From Gammaproteobacteria bacterium (GTDB lineage Bacteria > Pseudomonadota > Gammaproteobacteria > GCA-002705445 > GCA-002716945): a DNA stretch of 61,869 nucleotides. Positions 27,587 to 38,443 of the stretch are shown piece by piece; position 1 is the first letter of the stretch; every line of letters starts with the position of its first letter. Below the pieces are notes generated by a model. The model made no database searches, was not told the origin of the DNA, and saw only the letters and a list, made by a program, of their open reading frames with translations. Both the position numbers and the translations under genes were made by a program. The stretch is taken from positions 1 to 61,869 of the forward strand of contig JABHRC010000014.1 in the NCBI GenBank assembly GCA_018670435.1. The letters are read 5' to 3'.

Positions 27587-28862
27587 ACTTCTTTCTCATA
27601 TATGTAATTAACTCATCCCATTTAACAACCATGTCAGACATTTGATTTTCACTAGTCTTAATGGTTAAGCTTTTATTTTTAATGTTTTCATCTGTAATAA
27701 TAATTACGAATGTATCATTAACCTTCATAGCATGTTTTAATTGCGATGTTAAGCTAGCTGATGAATCGGTATTAAAAAAATTAATTTTTCCAAAAGTAGT
27801 ACGTAAGTTCTTTGAGATTAAATGTACATAGGTTTCCTTCTCAAGAGAAGTATTAATTATTGGAATAGATATGTTTTTTTGAATCTTTAAGTCATCGTTA
27901 AGCTTTAATAATTCAATAATTCTCTCTACACCCATCGCAAATCCAATAGCTGGGACTGCGTCTCCTCCCATCATGTTTACTAATAGATCATATCTGCCAC
28001 CAGCGCATATAGCATTTTGACTTCCTAGAGACTGATGTCTCCATTCAAAGACGGTATCATTATAATAATCTAAACCTCTAACAATAGAATTATCTATTAA
28101 GTAGCTAATTTCAAGATCATCTAGTTTCCTTAGCAACATATCAAATCTAGATTTAGATTTATTTGATAAAGAGTCATATAAAGTAGGAATATTTAACAAC
28201 AACTCTTTAACGTTATCGCTTTTACTATCAAGGAGTCTTAATGGATTTTTAGCCAAAGTTTCAGCTTGGTATTTATCAAGTCTACTTACATGACTACTGA
28301 TATGATCGAATATCTTTTTTTCATAATCTTTTTTATCATCTATATCTCCAAGAGAATTAATATGTAGGGTTACATTATCTATATTTAATCCTTTTAATAA
28401 TGAGTTGCCTATAATAAGTAATTCAAGATCACTATTGGTATCAGAAAAACCATAACACTCCACGCCAAATTGGCTAAACTGCCTATATCGTCCCTTTTGC
28501 GGTTTTTCATGTCTAAACATAGGCCCATAGTACCAGTATTTTTGTTTTTTGAGGCCACGATCGTATATTAGAGAATGTTCTATCGCAGATCTAACTACTG
28601 ATGCTGTTCCTTCAGGTCGAAGACATATAGAGTCGCCATTTTTATCAACAAAATCATACATCTCTTTTGTGACAATATCGGTAGCATCACCTATTGATCT
28701 ATTAAACAACTCAGACTTCTCAATTATCGGGGTTCTTAACTCATCAATAGAAAATTGCTCGGAAACTTTACTCGAGATATCTTCGAAGTACTTATAATAC
28801 TTTATTTCATCAGGCAAAATATCCTTAAAGCCCTTGATTGATTTAATTGTATTTTTTTTCAT
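27579..28862 (-). CDS. hisS: Histidine--tRNA ligase
   Basis: IKGFKD, LRPEGTA, FRHEKPQKGRYRQF, VRGLDYY, AGGRYD. Confidence 0.98.
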   Translation of the reverse strand: MKKNTIKSIKGFKDILPDEIKYYKYFEDISSKVSEQFSIDELRTPIIEKSELFNRSIGDATDIVTKEMYDFVDKNGDSICLRPEGTASVVRSAIEHSLIYDRGLKKQKYWYYGPMFRHEKPQKGRYRQFSQFGVECYGFSDTNSDLELLIIGNSLLKGLNIDNVTLHINSLGDIDDKKDYEKKIFDHISSHVSRLDKYQAETLAKNPLRLLDSKSDNVKELLLNIPTLYDSLSNKSKSRFDMLLRKLDDLEISYLIDNSIVRGLDYYNDTVFEWRHQSLGSQNAICAGGRYDLLVNMMGGDAVPAIGFAMGVERIIELLKLNDDLKIQKNISIPIINTSLEKETYVHLISKNLRTTFGKINFFNTDSSASLTSQLKHAMKVNDTFVIIITDENIKNKSLTIKTSENQMSDMVVKWDELITYMRKKYE

Positions 28863-28877
28863 GATTTAAGATATTTA

Positions 28878-29282
28878 TTATTTAAAAAAGAAATCTATTT
28901 CTATTATAGCATTTTCAGGGCTATCTGACCCATGAACAGAATTACGAGTAGTATCTTCGGCGTATAATTTTCTTATCGTTCCCTCTTTAGCTTCCGTAGG
29001 ATTTGTTGAACCCATTAAATCTCTATAAACATTTATAGCATTATTGCCCTCTAGGAGGAGAACTACAACTTGGCCAGAAGTCATATAATCAATTAATTTT
29101 GAATAAAAATCTCTATCTTTATGAATTATATAAAATTCTTTTGCATCATGAGTTGATAGTTTGGTCATCGTCATTTTTTTAACCACTAAATGATTGGCTT
29201 CGACTAGGGTTATTATAGATCCGATCAAATTTCTTTGAACAGCATCAGGTTTTATCATTGACAGTGTTTGTTGTATAGCCAT
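28878..29282 (-). CDS. ndk: Nucleoside diphosphate kinase
   Basis: QTLSMIKPDAV, GTIRKLYA, NSVHGSDS. Confidence 0.97.
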   Translation of the reverse strand: MAIQQTLSMIKPDAVQRNLIGSIITLVEANHLVVKKMTMTKLSTHDAKEFYIIHKDRDFYSKLIDYMTSGQVVVLLLEGNNAINVYRDLMGSTNPTEAKEGTIRKLYAEDTTRNSVHGSDSPENAIIEIDFFFK

Positions 29283-29480
29283 CTATTTCTCCTCTATCCA
29301 AGCCATCTGAACAGCCTCAAGTATCTTTTCATTTGACTTCGTAGGATCATCACTAAATTCAGATAAATCACATATCCAGGAATGTAAATCTGTAAATCTA
29401 ACTGTTAAAGGATCTACATTAGGGTACTTTTCATCAAGAGCTATTGCTATATCAAGGGTATCTGTCCATTTAATATGCAT
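29283..29480 (-). CDS. iscX: Fe-S assembly protein IscX
   Basis: KWTDTLDIAIAL...VRFTDLHSWI...EKILEAVQMAW. Confidence 0.96.
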   Translation of the reverse strand: MHIKWTDTLDIAIALDEKYPNVDPLTVRFTDLHSWICDLSEFSDDPTKSNEKILEAVQMAWIEEK

Positions 29481-29818
29481 TAATGTCTCTCTGACGCGTG
29501 GTTTATTGTATACTTTGGAATCTCAACAATTATATCTTTATCATCAAGTACTGTCTGACAACTTAAACGAGAATTTGGTTGTAAACCCCATGCTTTATCA
29601 AGATAATCATCCTCGTCTTCGGTTGCATCGGATAATGACTCTAGACCTTCAATTATGTATACATGACATGTAGTGCAAGCGCAAGATAATTCACATGCAT
29701 GTTCCAGTGGAATACCATTATCCAGCGCTGCTCGACAGATACTAGTTCCTTTAGGTGCTTCTACCACAGCTCCATCAGGACATACATCTTCATTGGGTAA
29801 AAAAGTTATCTTTGGCAT
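29480..29818 (-). CDS. fdx: ISC-system [2Fe-2S] ferredoxin
   Basis: HACELSCACTTCH...SRLSCQ, PKYTINHA. Confidence 0.96.
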   Translation of the reverse strand: MPKITFLPNEDVCPDGAVVEAPKGTSICRAALDNGIPLEHACELSCACTTCHVYIIEGLESLSDATEDEDDYLDKAWGLQPNSRLSCQTVLDDKDIIVEIPKYTINHASERH

Positions 29819-29824
29819 TTCGTT

Positions 29825-31663
29825 TTACAGTATATCATCTATACCTTTACCTGCAATAAGTGACTTGATACTTCTATTCATTCTTCTTTCCACATAAAAC
29901 TCTGATACTTTTTCTACGCAATTAATTTTCTCGTCAATCAATTCAGAATCATCATCATTTAAGCTTAATTTTAGAGCTCCTAATTCATCGCTTATCCTAT
30001 TATACTCATCAGGAGAAAGTAGATCTCTTCCATCACTATCAAGCGCCTGCTCTAAAGCATATATAACTCTCTTCCCTTCTACAATTGACTCATTAACACG
30101 TCTTAACCTCATGTCAGTCTCGGCACTATTATTAGAATCTTCAATCATGCGGCTAATATCTGACTCAGATAGTCCATATGAAGGCTTTACTTCAATCATA
30201 GATGAGTTCCCAGTTGTTGTTTCTGTAGCAGATACTGAAAGTATCCCATCAGCATCAATCTGAAAATCTACATCTATTCTTGGACCACCAGCAACCATGG
30301 ATGGGATATCTTTTAAAATGAACTCTCCAAGAGAATTACAATCACTTACAAGTTCCCGTTCACCTTGAATGATATTTATCAATAACTTGGATTGGCCATC
30401 TTTAAAGGTAGTAAATGTTTTTCTAAGTTTAATAGGTATTGGCGTATTTCTAAGTATTACCTTTTCTGAAAGGCCACCATAAGTCTCGACCCCTAATGAT
30501 AAGGGGAGTACATCCAAGAGAAGAATATTTTCTTTATTATTACCAGATAAGACCGACGCTTGTATGGCAGCTCCATGAGCTACAACTTTGTCAGGATCAA
30601 TATCGTTTAACACATTACACGAAAACTTTTTTTCCAAAATATTTTTTATATAATGAATTCTTGTTGAGCCACCAACTAATATTATATTTTTAATATCTTT
30701 TTTTGAGAGGTTCGATGCATCCAATGCGTTTTTAACAATATCAAAGGTTTTATCTAATATGGGAGTAATAATCTTTAAGAAATCATTGTCAAATAAAGAA
30801 ATAGAATTACCATCAATATCTATGGATATAGATTTTTTATCAACTAAAGATTCTTTTAATAAACGGGCATATTTTTTGATTTCAATAGGTTTATATTTTT
30901 TTAAGAAAGCATAATTATCAAGTAACCAATCAACTATTGCATAATCAATATCATCACCACCAAGATGAGTATTGCCATCTGTAGACAAAACTTTAAAAAT
31001 ACCTTTTTCTAGAGTAAGGACTGAGACGTCAAATGTTCCTCCTCCAAAATCATATATTATAAATGAGCCAGTTTCATTTGACTCAAGACCGTATGCCAAA
31101 GCAGCAGCTGTTGGTTCATTTAAGAGCCTTAATACATTAATACCAGCAAGTTTTGCTGCATTTTTAGTAGCTTGTCGCTGTATATCATTGAAATATGCAG
31201 GTACCGTTATAACAGCACCATCTAAAGATTTATTCTCTTTAGTTTCAGCTAGTTCTCTCAAATGAAGTAATATTTTAGAGGAAATATCTATAGCAGAATA
31301 TTTTTTATTATTAATGTTAATGCAAGGAAGGTCGTTATCTGACTTAATCAAAGGTAAATCATCTTTGAGGTTTAAATTTTGTATATCTGTATAAGACAAA
31401 CCCATTATTCTTTTTATAGACGTAAGACATGTTGACTTATTATTATCAGAGTTTATAACTGCAGTTTCACCAACAGACAAATCACCATTGTTATGTATTG
31501 TCACAACAGAAGGTATGAGTTCAGAATCATTATCATCATAAATTATTAATTGAGAATCATATGATGCTATTAACGAATTTGTTGTACCTAAATCAATCCC
31601 GACAACAAATTTTTTTAAGTCATCATTTGATTTGGCGGGATCAGATATTTGAAGCAAGCTCAT
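29825..31663 (-). CDS. hscA: Fe-S chaperone HscA (Hsp70 family)
   Basis: [43 protein letters not shown]; lies in the isc operon. Confidence 0.95.
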   Translation of the reverse strand: MSLLQISDPAKSNDDLKKFVVGIDLGTTNSLIASYDSQLIIYDDNDSELIPSVVTIHNNGDLSVGETAVINSDNNKSTCLTSIKRIMGLSYTDIQNLNLKDDLPLIKSDNDLPCININNKKYSAIDISSKILLHLRELAETKENKSLDGAVITVPAYFNDIQRQATKNAAKLAGINVLRLLNEPTAAALAYGLESNETGSFIIYDFGGGTFDVSVLTLEKGIFKVLSTDGNTHLGGDDIDYAIVDWLLDNYAFLKKYKPIEIKKYARLLKESLVDKKSISIDIDGNSISLFDNDFLKIITPILDKTFDIVKNALDASNLSKKDIKNIILVGGSTRIHYIKNILEKKFSCNVLNDIDPDKVVAHGAAIQASVLSGNNKENILLLDVLPLSLGVETYGGLSEKVILRNTPIPIKLRKTFTTFKDGQSKLLINIIQGERELVSDCNSLGEFILKDIPSMVAGGPRIDVDFQIDADGILSVSATETTTGNSSMIEVKPSYGLSESDISRMIEDSNNSAETDMRLRRVNESIVEGKRVIYALEQALDSDGRDLLSPDEYNRISDELGALKLSLNDDDSELIDEKINCVEKVSEFYVERRMNRSIKSLIAGKGIDDIL

Positions 31664-32175
31664 GTATTTCTCATTTTAATAAGTTCATTAATATTTTTTA
31701 TATAAAATCTTAGTTTTGATAAATCTTGCCACATAGCCTCATAATCATTAGATTCAAAAGATGATTTAATATTTTCAATTGTAGTTTTTAACAATGATTT
31801 AGCCTTTAAGAGATGAACATCTATTATCTCTTTATCTAGATTTTCTCCCAAAGATTCAGCTAATTCACTATACTCTATTTGCTCTTGCAAAAAATCAATA
31901 TCATTAATAGTTTTAGATTCATCCATATTAAAATTATTAATTTTAAGAATATATTCAATTCTTAAAATAATATCTCCTAATACTTTATGTCCATCATTAA
32001 CATGGGATGAAATCTGAAGAGCTAATCTCTTCTCAAAATCTGACCCATTAGCATATTTATCTGGATGGAATTGACCTTGTAGAATCTTAACTTTCTCATC
32101 AAGCTCTAACTTATTTACATCTACAGAAATACCTATGTTAAATAATTCAAAAAAGTTCTTCTTTAATATATCCAT
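31660..32175 (-). CDS. hscB: Fe-S co-chaperone HscB
   Basis: J-domain HPD motif, FLQEQIE, KLRF. Confidence 0.9.
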   Translation of the reverse strand: MDILKKNFFELFNIGISVDVNKLELDEKVKILQGQFHPDKYANGSDFEKRLALQISSHVNDGHKVLGDIILRIEYILKINNFNMDESKTINDIDFLQEQIEYSELAESLGENLDKEIIDVHLLKAKSLLKTTIENIKSSFESNDYEAMWQDLSKLRFYIKNINELIKMRNT

Positions 32176-32498
32176 TAAACATTAAAACTCTCGCCACACC
32201 CGCATTTATCTTTTACGTTTGGGTTATTAAACTTGAAACCTTCGTTGAGACCTTCTTTCCCAAAATCTAATTCTGTCCCTTTTAAATATGTATAACTTTT
32301 AGGACTTATGATTAATTTAATACCATTATCTTCAAAAACTTTATCATCACTTTCTACTTTATCAGCAAACTCAATTACATAAGCTAGGCCAGAGCATCCT
32401 GTAGTTTTAACGCCAAGTCTCAACCCAATTCCCGTGCCACGAGAAACTAGATGATCATTTACATGTTTAGCTGCTTTTTCAGTTATTGTAATACTCAT
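32175..32498 (-). CDS. iscA: Fe-S A-type carrier IscA
   Basis: [35 protein letters not shown]. Confidence 0.96.
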   Translation of the reverse strand: MSITITEKAAKHVNDHLVSRGTGIGLRLGVKTTGCSGLAYVIEFADKVESDDKVFEDNGIKLIISPKSYTYLKGTELDFGKEGLNEGFKFNNPNVKDKCGCGESFNV

Positions 32499-32502
32499 GT
32501 TC

Positions 32503-33750
32503 TTAGTGTGATGCCCATTTTACTGTTTTTAAATCTACTCCATCTTTATACATATCCCATAGTGGAGATAGCTCGCGCAATTTAGTTACTGCGGTTTTTA
32601 ATAGATTGATAGACGTATTAATCTCTTCTTCTGTTGTGTATTTACCTATAGTCATTCTAATCGAGCTATGCGCGAGCTCATCATCTCGACCCAAAGCCCT
32701 TAACACATAACTTGGCTCTAAGCTTGCAGATGTACAGGCTGAACCTGAAGAAACTGCCATCCCTTTGATCGCCATTATTAAGCTTTCTCCTTCGACATAA
32801 TTAAAACTTACATTTAAATTTCCAGGAATACGTTGATCTAAATCACCATTAAGGTAGATTTCTTCCATGTCTTTTAAGCCGTTCCATAAAATATCTCTTA
32901 ATTTTTTTATTCTATTATTATCAATATCCATCTCTTCTTTAGCAAGCCTAAATGCTTCTCCCATACCAACAATCTGATGAGTAGGAAGAGTACCTGATCT
33001 AAAACCTCTTTCATGTCCACCACCATGCATCTGTGCTTGTATTCTTACTCTAGGCTTTCTTCTCACATATAGTGCACCTATACCTTTCGGTCCATATGCC
33101 TTATGTGCTGATAACGAACAAAGATCGATGTTATATTTATGGACATCAATTTCAACCTTTCCTGGGCTCTGTGCTGCATCTACATGAAATAATATTTTAT
33201 TTTCTTTGCATATTTTTCCTATAGATTCCATATCTTGTATTACACCAATCTCATTATTAACATGCATAATAGATACTAAAATAGTTTCGGGCTTAATTGC
33301 ATTTTTTAAAACTTCTAAATCTACCAATCCATTATCTTGAGGATCTAAATATGTTACTTCGAAACCATCTGACTCCAAGAACCTCATTGTATCCAAAACT
33401 GCCTTATGCTCAGTAGATAAAGTGATAAGATGATTTCCTTTGCTCTTATTGAAATAGGCGGCACCCTTAATTGCCAAGTTATCAGATTCTGTTGCACCAC
33501 TTGTCCAAACTATCTCTCTTTTATCAGCATTAAGGAGATTGGCTACATTGATTCTAGCCTCATCGATTAATTTATCACTATCCCACCCATAAGGATGAGA
33601 CCTTGATGCTGGGTTTCCAAATTTTCCCTCGACAGTCAAACATTCCAACATTTTCTTAGCCACTCTTTCATCAACAGGCGTTGTTGCAGAGTAATCCAAA
33701 TAAATTGGCATACTAACTTTATTTTTCTTGTCTTTGATTATGGCTGACAT
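32503..33750 (-). CDS. iscS: Cysteine desulfurase IscS
   Basis: [26 protein letters not shown] (PLP Lys), SSGSACTS (catalytic Cys). Confidence 0.98.
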   Translation of the reverse strand: MSAIIKDKKNKVSMPIYLDYSATTPVDERVAKKMLECLTVEGKFGNPASRSHPYGWDSDKLIDEARINVANLLNADKREIVWTSGATESDNLAIKGAAYFNKSKGNHLITLSTEHKAVLDTMRFLESDGFEVTYLDPQDNGLVDLEVLKNAIKPETILVSIMHVNNEIGVIQDMESIGKICKENKILFHVDAAQSPGKVEIDVHKYNIDLCSLSAHKAYGPKGIGALYVRRKPRVRIQAQMHGGGHERGFRSGTLPTHQIVGMGEAFRLAKEEMDIDNNRIKKLRDILWNGLKDMEEIYLNGDLDQRIPGNLNVSFNYVEGESLIMAIKGMAVSSGSACTSASLEPSYVLRALGRDDELAHSSIRMTIGKYTTEEEINTSINLLKTAVTKLRELSPLWDMYKDGVDLKTVKWASH

Positions 33751-34186
33751 TTTTATTCTCCCTTAAAAATATTATATTCCTAACATCCTCTCTTAATGCT
33801 ATATCACCTAAGTTAATTCCTTGCATATATTGGTTGATTATCTCGTTCAAATCAGTCCATATGAAATGTGTTAAACAAGGTTTTTCGTTAATACAATTCA
33901 TAGCTCCTCCGCACTGCGTTTGATCAATTTTTTCATCTACAGCAGTTATTACATCCAGCAAATTAATTTCAGATGCTGTTTGACTCAAAATATAGCCTCC
34001 ACCGGGGCCTCTTACACTTTTTACTAAACCTGATAACCTTAGTTTAGAAAATAGTTGCTCTAAGTAGGATAGAGAAATATTTTGTCTTGTCGCGATATCT
34101 TTTAATCTTACAGGGTCTACGGCTCCATTGAGACTTAAATCAACCATGGCGATTATTGCATATCTACCTTTTGTTGTTAATTTCAT
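33719..34186 (-). CDS. iscR: Fe-S assembly transcription factor IscR
   Basis: [26 protein letters not shown], three Cys plus His (CGGAMNC...CLTH). Confidence 0.97.
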   Translation of the reverse strand: MKLTTKGRYAIIAMVDLSLNGAVDPVRLKDIATRQNISLSYLEQLFSKLRLSGLVKSVRGPGGGYILSQTASEINLLDVITAVDEKIDQTQCGGAMNCINEKPCLTHFIWTDLNEIINQYMQGINLGDIALREDVRNIIFLRENKNVSHNQRQEK

Positions 34187-34192
34187 GAATTA

Positions 34193-34225
34193 ATTATGCA
34201 ATAACCTAGTGTTCTTATCAACTAC
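34193..34225 (-). promoter_or_regulatory. isc operon promoter overlapped by a type-1 IscR-like site
   Basis: TTGATA-17 bp-CATAAT ending 6 nt before the iscR ATG. The 25-mer GTAGTTGATAAGAACACTAGGTTAT resembles remembered E. coli iscR operators. Confidence 0.7.
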
Positions 34226-34935
34226 TTATTGAGCTTTTTATGTATAGAATTAAGCATTCCAAGAAGCATATTAACCTCATCAGTTTCAAGGTTAGTTTTG
34301 TTAAACAATATATGTATCTTTTTTGTTAAGGACTTGGAATTTTTAACACTTATAAATTTTGTTTCTTTCATTAAGGTGATTAGAGTATCAATAAAATAAT
34401 TTTTTTCTTTAGCAGTTGCATGAGTAATAGGTTTTTTTGAACTAGAAATATGTGTTTTAGTGTTTTTATAAAACTCATAAGTAATTAATTGGACAGCTGC
34501 TGATAAATTTAGAGAACTATAATCTTTGTATGTTGGGATGGAGACCATATAGTCACACTTAAGTAAATCACTATTTGATAAACCAGAAGATTCGTTACCA
34601 AAGATAATATTGCACTTCAGATTTTTATTCAACAACACATAATTGACACACTCATCTACACTCAATATAGGTATGGATGCTTTTCTAGTTCTTGCAGATA
34701 AGCCGATATTTATATTTGCACCTGCGACTGCATCTGAGAGATTAGAAAATACTTTAGCTTTCTTAAGTACATCAACGCAACCAACAGCCAAAGCGTCTGA
34801 TTGAGATGATGGAAACTCTTTAGGGTTAACTAGTAATAATTTTTTAAACCCCATTGTTTTCATAGCCCTAGCCGTAGAACCGATATTTCCCGGATGCGAC
34901 GTATTAACTAAAACTATATGAACATTTGAAAACAT
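34222..34935 (-). CDS. trmJ: tRNA (cytidine/uridine-32 2'-O)-methyltransferase
   Basis: VLVNTSHPGNIGSTARAMKTMG, FGNESSGL, SSLNLSAAVQ; upstream of iscR. Confidence 0.93.
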   Translation of the reverse strand: MFSNVHIVLVNTSHPGNIGSTARAMKTMGFKKLLLVNPKEFPSSQSDALAVGCVDVLKKAKVFSNLSDAVAGANINIGLSARTRKASIPILSVDECVNYVLLNKNLKCNIIFGNESSGLSNSDLLKCDYMVSIPTYKDYSSLNLSAAVQLITYEFYKNTKTHISSSKKPITHATAKEKNYFIDTLITLMKETKFISVKNSKSLTKKIHILFNKTNLETDEVNMLLGMLNSIHKKLNK

Positions 34936-34973
34936 ATTGTAGTATTATGGTTACTTTACAGAATTAAAACAAT

Positions 34974-35753
34974 ATGCAACCAAGATTAAATATAGCATTA
35001 AAAGCATGCAGATCAGCTTCAGAGATAATCACCAAGATATATAAGTCTAAAGATCAAGATGAACTTAGGTCTTATGATAAAATTGGTGACCTAATTTATA
35101 AGCATATAGCGGATATTATTGCTGAGTCTTATCCATACGGTGATACTGATGTGTTGGGGCCATCATATGTAGATACAAAAATACTCTCAGATATTGCTGG
35201 AGATAAAAATTTTACAACAGATGTTCAAAGTGATGATGAGAAATATATCTGGATCATCAATCCTCTTGATAGTTATGAGAATTTTGTTAATAAACTTCCA
35301 TTATTTAATATCACCATTACTATATTTCAAAAAGGTATAGCTCAAGCTACAATAATCTTTAATCCAATTCAAGATGAACTTGTCACAGCAATTAAAGGTG
35401 AGGGAGCTATGCATGAGAACACTAAAATAAGAAATAGAAATTTATCAAAGACTAAAATACTTTATGTGATTGATAACACAAAAATAAAATTAAATATTGA
35501 GAATATGCTGGATGGCACTGAAAGATTTATAGGCTCCAAGTCTACAGAACTAATATATATGGCAGAAGGTAAAATTGATTTAATTATTTATCCAAAGATT
35601 CATATTTGGGAATCTGCAGCAGGTATATTAATTTGCAAAGAGTCAGGAGTATTTGTTACAGATTTTAATGGTAACGATGATATTTATAATTCTAAGTCAT
35701 TAATTGCATCAAAAGAATGGCTACATAAAAAAATATTGCCTAAAGTTTGCTAA
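34974..35753 (+). CDS. suhB: SuhB-like inositol monophosphatase family protein with degenerate catalytic residues
   Basis: MQPRLNIALKA N-terminus, WIINPLDSYENF, IWESAAG; canonical position divergent from trmJ. Confidence 0.82.
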   Translation: MQPRLNIALKACRSASEIITKIYKSKDQDELRSYDKIGDLIYKHIADIIAESYPYGDTDVLGPSYVDTKILSDIAGDKNFTTDVQSDDEKYIWIINPLDSYENFVNKLPLFNITITIFQKGIAQATIIFNPIQDELVTAIKGEGAMHENTKIRNRNLSKTKILYVIDNTKIKLNIENMLDGTERFIGSKSTELIYMAEGKIDLIIYPKIHIWESAAGILICKESGVFVTDFNGNDDIYNSKSLIASKEWLHKKILPKVC

Positions 35754-36652
35754 AGATCGTTTCTCTGTTCAGCATTTGCACCTAAAAAATACAAACTTGT
35801 GCTTGCGACAAATATAGACGAGTAAGTGCCTATGAGTATTCCAATCATCATAGCTAAAGCAAAATACTCAACTGCTGAGCCACCAAGTATAAATAAAGAA
35901 AGCAGAACAAACATTGTCGTTAAAGAAGTTATAAGGGTCCTGCTTAACGTCTGATTAATGGATATATTTAGTATATCCACATAAGAATTAGTTTTAATTA
36001 TATTAATATTTTCCCTAATTCGATCATATACAACTATTGTATCATTCAGGGAATACCCTATTACCGCTAATATAGCCGAGAGTACACTTAAGTTGAACTC
36101 TATCTGGAGAAGAGAAAAGAAACCCAAAGTTATGACCACGTCATGGATTAAAGCTATGATTGCTCCAACACCAAAAAGAAGTTCAAATCTAAAGCCAATA
36201 TAAACAAGAATACTAAGCAAGGCCACTAACATTGCCCACTCTCCTTTTTCTCTAAGCTCATCACCTATTTGCGCTCCAACAAACTCTAACTTAAGTATCT
36301 TGAACGGGTGTGTCTCTGACAGGGTGTCTAAAAGGAAAATATTAACCGAGTCTTTATTAAAGTTACTTTCCTCTTTGAGTTTTATAATGATTTCATTATT
36401 TGAACCGAACGACTGCATGACAGAATCTGTAACTCCATTGTCTTCAAAAGCAGTTCGGATTTCTGAAATATTAACTTCTTTATCAAATTTTAGCTGGATG
36501 ATATAACCGCTAGAAAAATCAATACCCCAATTTAGTCCTTTTGTTATGAAACTAGTTAAGCTGATGATTACTAAAAAAGCAGATATGGCAATAGCAATTT
36601 TTTTTTGTCCTAAAAAATTATAATTAGACGATGAGCTAATAAGTTTAAACAT
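35750..36652 (-). CDS. secF: Protein translocase subunit SecF
   Basis: GLNWGIDFSSG, EFVGAQIGDEL, GYSLNDTIVVYDRIREN, SRTLITSLTT. Confidence 0.96.
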   Translation of the reverse strand: MFKLISSSSNYNFLGQKKIAIAISAFLVIISLTSFITKGLNWGIDFSSGYIIQLKFDKEVNISEIRTAFEDNGVTDSVMQSFGSNNEIIIKLKEESNFNKDSVNIFLLDTLSETHPFKILKLEFVGAQIGDELREKGEWAMLVALLSILVYIGFRFELLFGVGAIIALIHDVVITLGFFSLLQIEFNLSVLSAILAVIGYSLNDTIVVYDRIRENINIIKTNSYVDILNISINQTLSRTLITSLTTMFVLLSLFILGGSAVEYFALAMMIGILIGTYSSIFVASTSLYFLGANAEQRNDL

Positions 36653-38442
36653 TATATTGAAAGACCTTTATTGTTTTTTCTTTCATATATTATACTTACC
36701 AACGCTCTAGTTCCAACTATTGAAGTGAACATAGAAGATAAGATCCCAACCACTAATGTAATAGCAAACCCCTTCACTGCTCCAGTACCTATGGTAAGTA
36801 ACGCAATAGCTGCAATTAAAGTTGTGATATTTGCATCTGAAATTGTAGAGAAAGCTTTTTGATAACCTGCATATATACTTGCATTTGGAGAAATACCATT
36901 TCTAATCTCTTCTCTGATTCTCTCAAAGATTAAAACATTTGCATCCACAGCCATTCCTACTGTTAATACTATACCTGCTATTCCGGACAGAGTTAACGTA
37001 GCTTGAAAAATTGAGAGTATAGCAGCAATAATTATAATGTTTGCAATAAGAGCAATATTTGCAATGAATCCAAATAATCTATAATAAATTAACATAAATA
37101 ATCCAACCAAGAACAAACCAAAATACATTGAGTTTTTACCTGCTAAAATATTAGATTCTCCTAGACTTGGTCCCACAGTTCTTTCTTCAACAATTTCCAT
37201 GGGTGCGCTTAGCGCACCTGATCTTAATAATATAGCTAAGTCAGTTGCCTCATTTATATCTAAGCCTGTAATTTGAAAACTTTTACTGAATGCTTCTCTA
37301 ATAGTGGCAACATTTATTACTTCTTTTTTATTTTTTTCGACAAATATGACTGCCATCCTGCTTCCAATATTCTTAGATGTAGTCTCAAGCATACGAGATG
37401 CACCATAGTCACTTAAATTTACAAAAACTGCAGGAGTATTTGTTGATGAATCAAATCCACTGTTAGCTCCTTTGATATCAGCTCCTCCTACGATAACTTT
37501 ACGTGAAAGTAAAATAGGCGATGTGTCGCGCTGATTATATAAAACTGATGAGTTTATAACTGGGGTACCTGAAATTTTTGAAGCATACCAATCCTCTGGA
37601 GTTCCTTTGGTTAATCTAAACTCAAGTGTAGCTGTTGATCCCAATATACCTTTAGCTCTAGTAGAATCTTGTAATCCAGGTAACTGCACTATTATTCTAT
37701 CTTTGCCTTGCTTTTGAAGTATCGGTTGAGCTACGCCAAGCTCATCTACTCTACTACGAAGAATTGTTAAGTTTTTTGCTAGAGAGCTATCAATATCTCT
37801 ACTAATTAAATCTTCTGACGGAAAAATTTCAAGTTTAATATCTGCATCATTATTAATCTTTGATATTAATATATCTGGAATTACTTCATTTATTTTTTTG
37901 ATAATTTCACTTATAGGTTTATCAATATCAAAACTAACAATAACCTTCTCCTTAGTTTTATAAAAAGAATCATATCTAAATTTATTTTCAATTAATATAT
38001 CTTTTACATCATCACTAATTTCCCTAAGTAAGTTTGTTTTGATATTATCTCTGTCAACCTGTAGTAAAAAATGTACACCACCTTTAAGGTCTAGACCTAA
38101 AAACATAGGATAAGCATCTATAGACTTTAACCAAGCAGGTAAATTAGTATGACTTGTTAAAGTATAATTGGTCTTTGTATTTGACATACTTAATTTATTA
38201 AATGCATCAAGCTGATTTTTAGAACTACTGAATTTAAATATAAACTTATTATCTTCCTTGATCACATCTTTGGGATTAATGGTTGGGTCAATAATATTAA
38301 TTAACTGGACTAAGTCAACTTTGTTATTATCGTTAACCTCTAAGGCAGGATATGAAGTATAGAGATTTGGAAGAGAGTAAATCACAGATACCATTAGTAC
38401 CAAGATAACCATAATATATTTCCAGCGCGGGTATGATGTCAT
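36652..38442 (-). CDS. secD: Protein translocase subunit SecD
   Basis: LGLDLKGGVHF, RVDELGV, EERTVGPSLG, GMAVDANVLIFERIRE. Confidence 0.97.
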   Translation of the reverse strand: MTSYPRWKYIMVILVLMVSVIYSLPNLYTSYPALEVNDNNKVDLVQLINIIDPTINPKDVIKEDNKFIFKFSSSKNQLDAFNKLSMSNTKTNYTLTSHTNLPAWLKSIDAYPMFLGLDLKGGVHFLLQVDRDNIKTNLLREISDDVKDILIENKFRYDSFYKTKEKVIVSFDIDKPISEIIKKINEVIPDILISKINNDADIKLEIFPSEDLISRDIDSSLAKNLTILRSRVDELGVAQPILQKQGKDRIIVQLPGLQDSTRAKGILGSTATLEFRLTKGTPEDWYASKISGTPVINSSVLYNQRDTSPILLSRKVIVGGADIKGANSGFDSSTNTPAVFVNLSDYGASRMLETTSKNIGSRMAVIFVEKNKKEVINVATIREAFSKSFQITGLDINEATDLAILLRSGALSAPMEIVEERTVGPSLGESNILAGKNSMYFGLFLVGLFMLIYYRLFGFIANIALIANIIIIAAILSIFQATLTLSGIAGIVLTVGMAVDANVLIFERIREEIRNGISPNASIYAGYQKAFSTISDANITTLIAAIALLTIGTGAVKGFAITLVVGILSSMFTSIVGTRALVSIIYERKNNKGLSI

Positions 38443-38443
38443 A

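Noticed and set aside
37495-37510. parS-like near-palindrome AACTTTACGTGAAAGT in secD
   Set aside because: Only 10/16 match to TGTTTCACGTGAAACA and it lies within coding sequence.
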